A stretch of DNA of 64,000 nucleotides from Methanolinea sp. (lineage in GTDB: Archaea > Halobacteriota > Methanomicrobia > Methanomicrobiales > Methanospirillaceae): NCBI GenBank assembly GCA_025453675.1, contig JALOPW010000002.1, positions 17,913 through 81,912 of the forward strand, read 5' to 3'. This document shows, in pieces, positions 60,407 to 64,000 of this stretch. How positions within the stretch are numbered: the first letter of the stretch is position 1; each line of letters opens with the position of its first letter. Position numbers and translations under genes: made by a program. The notes under the pieces were generated by a model. It worked only from the letters and a program-made list of their open reading frames with translations. It ran no database searches and was not told the DNA's origin.

Positions 60407-61204
60407 TCACGGTGGTCCAGCATACGTTACTTTGGTAAAGAATGCATCCAAATCGGCAGTAGTCATGGCAAAGATGCCATTCCCAAGATTGACCGAGAAC
60501 GCTAACTGAGTTACTATTCGGGTGTTGGTATTGCAATCCCAGAGGAAATGGTTCGTGAGAGACCAATTGCCTAGCTGATCCGAATTTGGTGGAATATTCT
60601 GAAGTGAGGGATCACGAAGAACGATCTTTCCGTCACTCGATCTCTGGCCGAGGACTGTATAACAGTGATTTTGGTTCCAGGCAACCATGGGGAATTTTGT
60701 CTTTCCATCAAGACATCTACTGATAATCTGAGTCGAGAGACTGGCAGATTTTTCTTGATATGGGCACCCTGAAAGGTTTTTAAGAGCGTTGTTAGGATTA
60801 CCATCCCAGTTTACCCCGGTAAAATCACATGAGGCTGCAGGTGCCTGGTGATACGCGAGAGCGTATGCTTTCTCATATAATCCAGGCCAGATTTCCGATA
60901 AAGTCCGTGAACGTGCGCACTGATAATATGTTGGAGGATAATTTAAATCCAGAGAGAGCAATCCCGATACGTTCACTTCTTGATTATGAATCCATACTGT
61001 ATATGCTGCAGGGTCAGCCTTATTCGCTATCTGATTATCCCTTATCCTGATCTTGTTTTTTCCCAGTGTCCACGCTACAGCTGACAGCGCAGCAATGAAA
61101 CAGCAATTCGGTGGTTGACCCTGAACAGGATCGTCATACAATTCCTTGATACTCCCGGCTAATAGACTTGCGCCAGGATAAGCCTGACATAGGTAATTTG
61201 GCAT
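60407..61204 (-). CDS. Calpain-like (peptidase C2) cysteine protease catalytic domain
   Basis: DPVQGQPPNCCFIAALSAVA, EIWP.LYEKAYA, NHCYTVLG, IVLRDP; AT-richer than flanks. Confidence 0.75.
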   Translation of the reverse strand: MPNYLCQAYPGASLLAGSIKELYDDPVQGQPPNCCFIAALSAVAWTLGKNKIRIRDNQIANKADPAAYTVWIHNQEVNVSGLLSLDLNYPPTYYQCARSRTLSEIWPGLYEKAYALAYHQAPAASCDFTGVNWDGNPNNALKNLSGCPYQEKSASLSTQIISRCLDGKTKFPMVAWNQNHCYTVLGQRSSDGKIVLRDPSLQNIPPNSDQLGNWSLTNHFLWDCNTNTRIVTQLAFSVNLGNGIFAMTTADLDAFFTKVTYAGPP

Positions 61205-61531
61205 TTTTTACACCCCTTCAACATGAATGAAATGAAACGCCGTATACTGTGGCTACTTTATAGCTGAACTGTTGAATCATCTGCACCACCAACCCCCCAG
61301 TTGGATGAGTACCGACCTCTGTACTCCCGGCGTTACATCATACTCATATCACTGGTTTATAAAGGTTGTGCGCCGGTGCAGAACCAGATTTCTCTCAATT
61401 GCAGAATACCTGATCCCGATTTCACAAAAATATGGGACAGAATGAACCCGGATGAGCATACCTGAAGCAACGGAATTTTATTCTCTTTTCCGGATTTTAC
61501 ACTACAGCGAGTAAACCTTTTGTGACTTTCC

Positions 61532-61792
61532 ATGACCATCCTGATTGCTATCGATGATACCGATACCAGGGAGAGCAGGGGGACCGGGAGGTTCCGCGAG
61601 TTCATGCGGGAATCACGGGTAGACGATCTCCGGGTGGCAGGCGTGGATGAGGTGCACACTACTGGTGGCGAGACTATAAGGACCGGAATGGTCCGCCTGA
61701 AGAAATTTCCCAGGCCCAGCCTCCGGGCACACCGTGCAATTCTCTTCGTGGAGGAGGGGGATGGGTACTACCACGATGTGGTCATGGACTGA
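61532..61792 (+). pseudogene. Internally deleted remnant of a TiaS-N-like (IDDTD motif, DUF1743-type) gene
   Basis: MTILIAIDDTDTRESRGTGR N-terminus joined directly to a C-terminal-like segment; only 86 aa. Confidence 0.5.
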
Positions 61793-61829
61793 ATCTACCG
61801 CCCCTATTTCTAAAAATCCCTGCCCTTGC

Positions 61830-62741
61830 TCACTCCTGCATCAGGAACACCATCAGGGCTTTCTGGGCATGGAGTCGGTTCTCGGCCTCGTCAAAGACCA
61901 CGCTGAATGGTCCCTCGATCACCTCGTCCGTGACCTCCTGACCCCGGTGGGCGGGGAGGCAGTGCATGAATATCGCGTCCGGTGAGGCCAAATCCATCAG
62001 CCTGCGGTCGATGGTGAAGCCTTTGAATGCCCGGAGCCTCGCCTCGCGCTCCTTCTCGGTGCCCATCGACACCCAGGTATCCGTAGCTACCACGTGAGCG
62101 TCCTCAAGTGCGATTTTTGGGTCCCGGACCAGGGTGACCCGGCTTCCCATCCGACGTGCCGTCTCCACCAGCTTCGCAGGAGGTTCGAACCCTTTTGGAG
62201 TGGCCACAGTGATCTCCATCCCGGTGAGTATCGTGGAGAGGATGAGCGAGTTACAGACATTGTCCCCGTCTCCCACCCACCCCACACGGAGTCCCTTCCG
62301 GTCCCCGAAGTGCTCCCTGATGGTCATGATGTCGGCGAGTATCTGGCAGGGGTGTTCAAGGTCGGAAAGGCCATTGATCACCGGTATGGTCGCATAACGG
62401 GCGAACTCCTCGATAGTGGAATGACGGTACGCACGGATCATCACCCCGGACACATATCTTGACGCCACCCTGGCCGTATCCCTGATCTCCTCGCCCCTCC
62501 CGATCTGCATATCCTGGGCATTCAAAAAGAGCGCAGTTCCCCCGAGGTCAGCTATCCCGACCTCGAACGAGATCCTGGTGCGGGTGGAAGACTTCTCAAA
62601 GATCATGGCCAGGGTCTTCCCTGGCAGGAGAAGGTGGGGTATTCTCTCCTTTTTCATCCTTTTCAGGCGGCACGCCTGCTCCAGCACCTCGTCCAGTTCC
62701 TTTGATGAGAGGTCCAGGATGGAGATGATATCACGTTTCAT
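61830..62741 (-). CDS. argF: Ornithine carbamoyltransferase
   Basis: [35 protein letters not shown]. Confidence 0.97.
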   Translation of the reverse strand: MKRDIISILDLSSKELDEVLEQACRLKRMKKERIPHLLLPGKTLAMIFEKSSTRTRISFEVGIADLGGTALFLNAQDMQIGRGEEIRDTARVASRYVSGVMIRAYRHSTIEEFARYATIPVINGLSDLEHPCQILADIMTIREHFGDRKGLRVGWVGDGDNVCNSLILSTILTGMEITVATPKGFEPPAKLVETARRMGSRVTLVRDPKIALEDAHVVATDTWVSMGTEKEREARLRAFKGFTIDRRLMDLASPDAIFMHCLPAHRGQEVTDEVIEGPFSVVFDEAENRLHAQKALMVFLMQE

Positions 62742-64000
62742 CGCAGCTCCTTCATGTGATCGATACGCTTCTTCAGCAGGGTGGCAGAACCAATGTCCCT
62801 GCGGTGGCGCACCCGCCCTTTCACTCCCGATGCAGCGAGTTCCGCGATCTCCTCTGCCTCAGAAAGCGTCCGCCCCAGTCCTACAAAGGCAATGGTGCGG
62901 GAGGACTGGGTAGAGAGGATCCCTTCCCTCTCTTCTACATTCGCATAATAGAGGAGGGCAGGATCATAAGGCCCAAGAGAGATGGGCTGGCCGGCAACCG
63001 GAGAATCGGGATACCCCTCCGGGACAATATACTTGCACACCGTGGCTTTTTCTGCAAACCGGACCCTGCTCCGGGAGAGGGTCCCGTCTATGCTCCGCTC
63101 GATTATCCCGACGAGATCCGTCTCCAGCAGGGAGAGCACGTTCATTGCTTCCGGATCTCCGAACCTGGCATTGAACTCTATCACCATCGGTCCATCGCGG
63201 GTATTCATGAACTGCCCATAGAGTATTCCCCGATACGGGGTTCCTGCCTCATTCATGGCCGCGACTGCCGACTGCATGATCCCGAGCGCAGATCTCTGGT
63301 CATTTTCGGTGATAAAGGGGAGCCCGTGGTCGGGCATGGAATATGACCCCATCCCCCCGGTATTGGGGCCCTCATCTCCCTCGTACGCCCTCTTGTGGTC
63401 CTGCACGAGCGGCATGGGGACAAGATGAGTACCATCGGTGAATGCCTGGAGGGTGAACTCTTCTCCAATGAGCCTCTCTTCCAGCACTATGTCGGACCCA
63501 AGACTCCGGATATAGTCGACGGCGCCCCTCCGGTCCACATGCTCGCCCATGATGCGGACCCCCTTACCCCCGGTGAGCCCGATGGGCTTGACTGCCAGGT
63601 CCCCTGCATGGCCTTCCAGGAAACGGACCGCCTCGTCTGCCGTGCGAAAAACCCTGTAGCGGGGACACCCGGCAATGCCATGCCGCTCCATCATCTCCCT
63701 GCAGAAGGCCTTGTCCGTCTCGAGCCTCGCAGCAGCCCGCGTGGGGCCCATGCAGGGGACGCCCTCCGCTTCCAGCCGGTCCACCACTCCCGCTTCAAGT
63801 GGGGCCTCCGGCCCGATAATTGCATAATCTATCGATTTTTTCAGGGCAAATGCCGAAATTGCATCAATGCGCGTCTCTTTTTCGAGAAGGAGTTCCCTGC
63901 AGAGCTCCGAGATACCCGGGTTTGCACGGGCCATGACCGCATACAGTTCCGTTTCAGTGTTGCGGGACAGCGCCCGGGTGATGGCATGCTCCCTCCCTCC
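62738..64000 (-). CDS. purD: Phosphoribosylamine-glycine ligase (5' end just outside window)
   Basis: GGREHA at window edge, GPEAPL, GGKGV, QDHKR...[18 protein letters not shown]. Confidence 0.97.
   Translation of the reverse strand, partial: GGREHAITRALSRNTETELYAVMARANPGISELCRELLLEKETRIDAISAFALKKSIDYAIIGPEAPLEAGVVDRLEAEGVPCMGPTRAAARLETDKAFCREMMERHGIAGCPRYRVFRTADEAVRFLEGHAGDLAVKPIGLTGGKGVRIMGEHVDRRGAVDYIRSLGSDIVLEERLIGEEFTLQAFTDGTHLVPMPLVQDHKRAYEGDEGPNTGGMGSYSMPDHGLPFITENDQRSALGIMQSAVAAMNEAGTPYRGILYGQFMNTRDGPMVIEFNARFGDPEAMNVLSLLETDLVGIIERSIDGTLSRSRVRFAEKATVCKYIVPEGYPDSPVAGQPISLGPYDPALLYYANVEEREGILSTQSSRTIAFVGLGRTLSEAEEIAELAASGVKGRVRHRRDIGSATLLKKRIDHMKELR

Overview
Archaeal chromosomal DNA, most likely a Methanomicrobiales methanogen (Methanoregulaceae/Methanolinea-like). 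This rests on methanogenesis marker 14, an A1Ao ATP synthase operon (H-I-K-E-C-F-A-B-D), thermosome, LonB, citramalate synthase and GGTGA/GGAGG ribosome-binding sites. Most of the window is housekeeping: purH (3' end), cimA-ilvB-ilvN, a glycosylation cluster, tRNA-Ser(CGA), prs-rtcA-nob1-gfcR, lonB-tldD-pmbA, a KaiC pair divergent from a type IV pilus ATPase/TadC pair, atp operon-pgk, ade, a two-component pair, beta-carbonic anhydrase, an FTR-like/glutaredoxin cluster, argF and purD. Small accessory patches lie at about 10-15.7 kb, 41.7-42.4 kb and 55.5-61.8 kb. The most intriguing signal is at the start of cimA, the first enzyme of isoleucine synthesis. Its reading frame has no ATG/GTG/TTG upstream of the catalytic DTTLRDGEQ motif. 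Instead an overlapping 8-codon ORF (MTDRFILR*) contains TTT-ATT-C, where a +1 shift at an Ile codon would enter cimA. This is a candidate Ile-sensing programmed frameshift, but a sequencing indel is not excluded. Other items: a family of structured dispersed intergenic repeats (3 copies), a second palindromic repeat (2 copies), and a calpain-like protease with a predicted Cys-His-Asp triad heading a surface-protein/HEAT-repeat cluster. No CRISPR array, transposase or integrase was seen. All product calls come from motif recognition by eye; no database searches were run.
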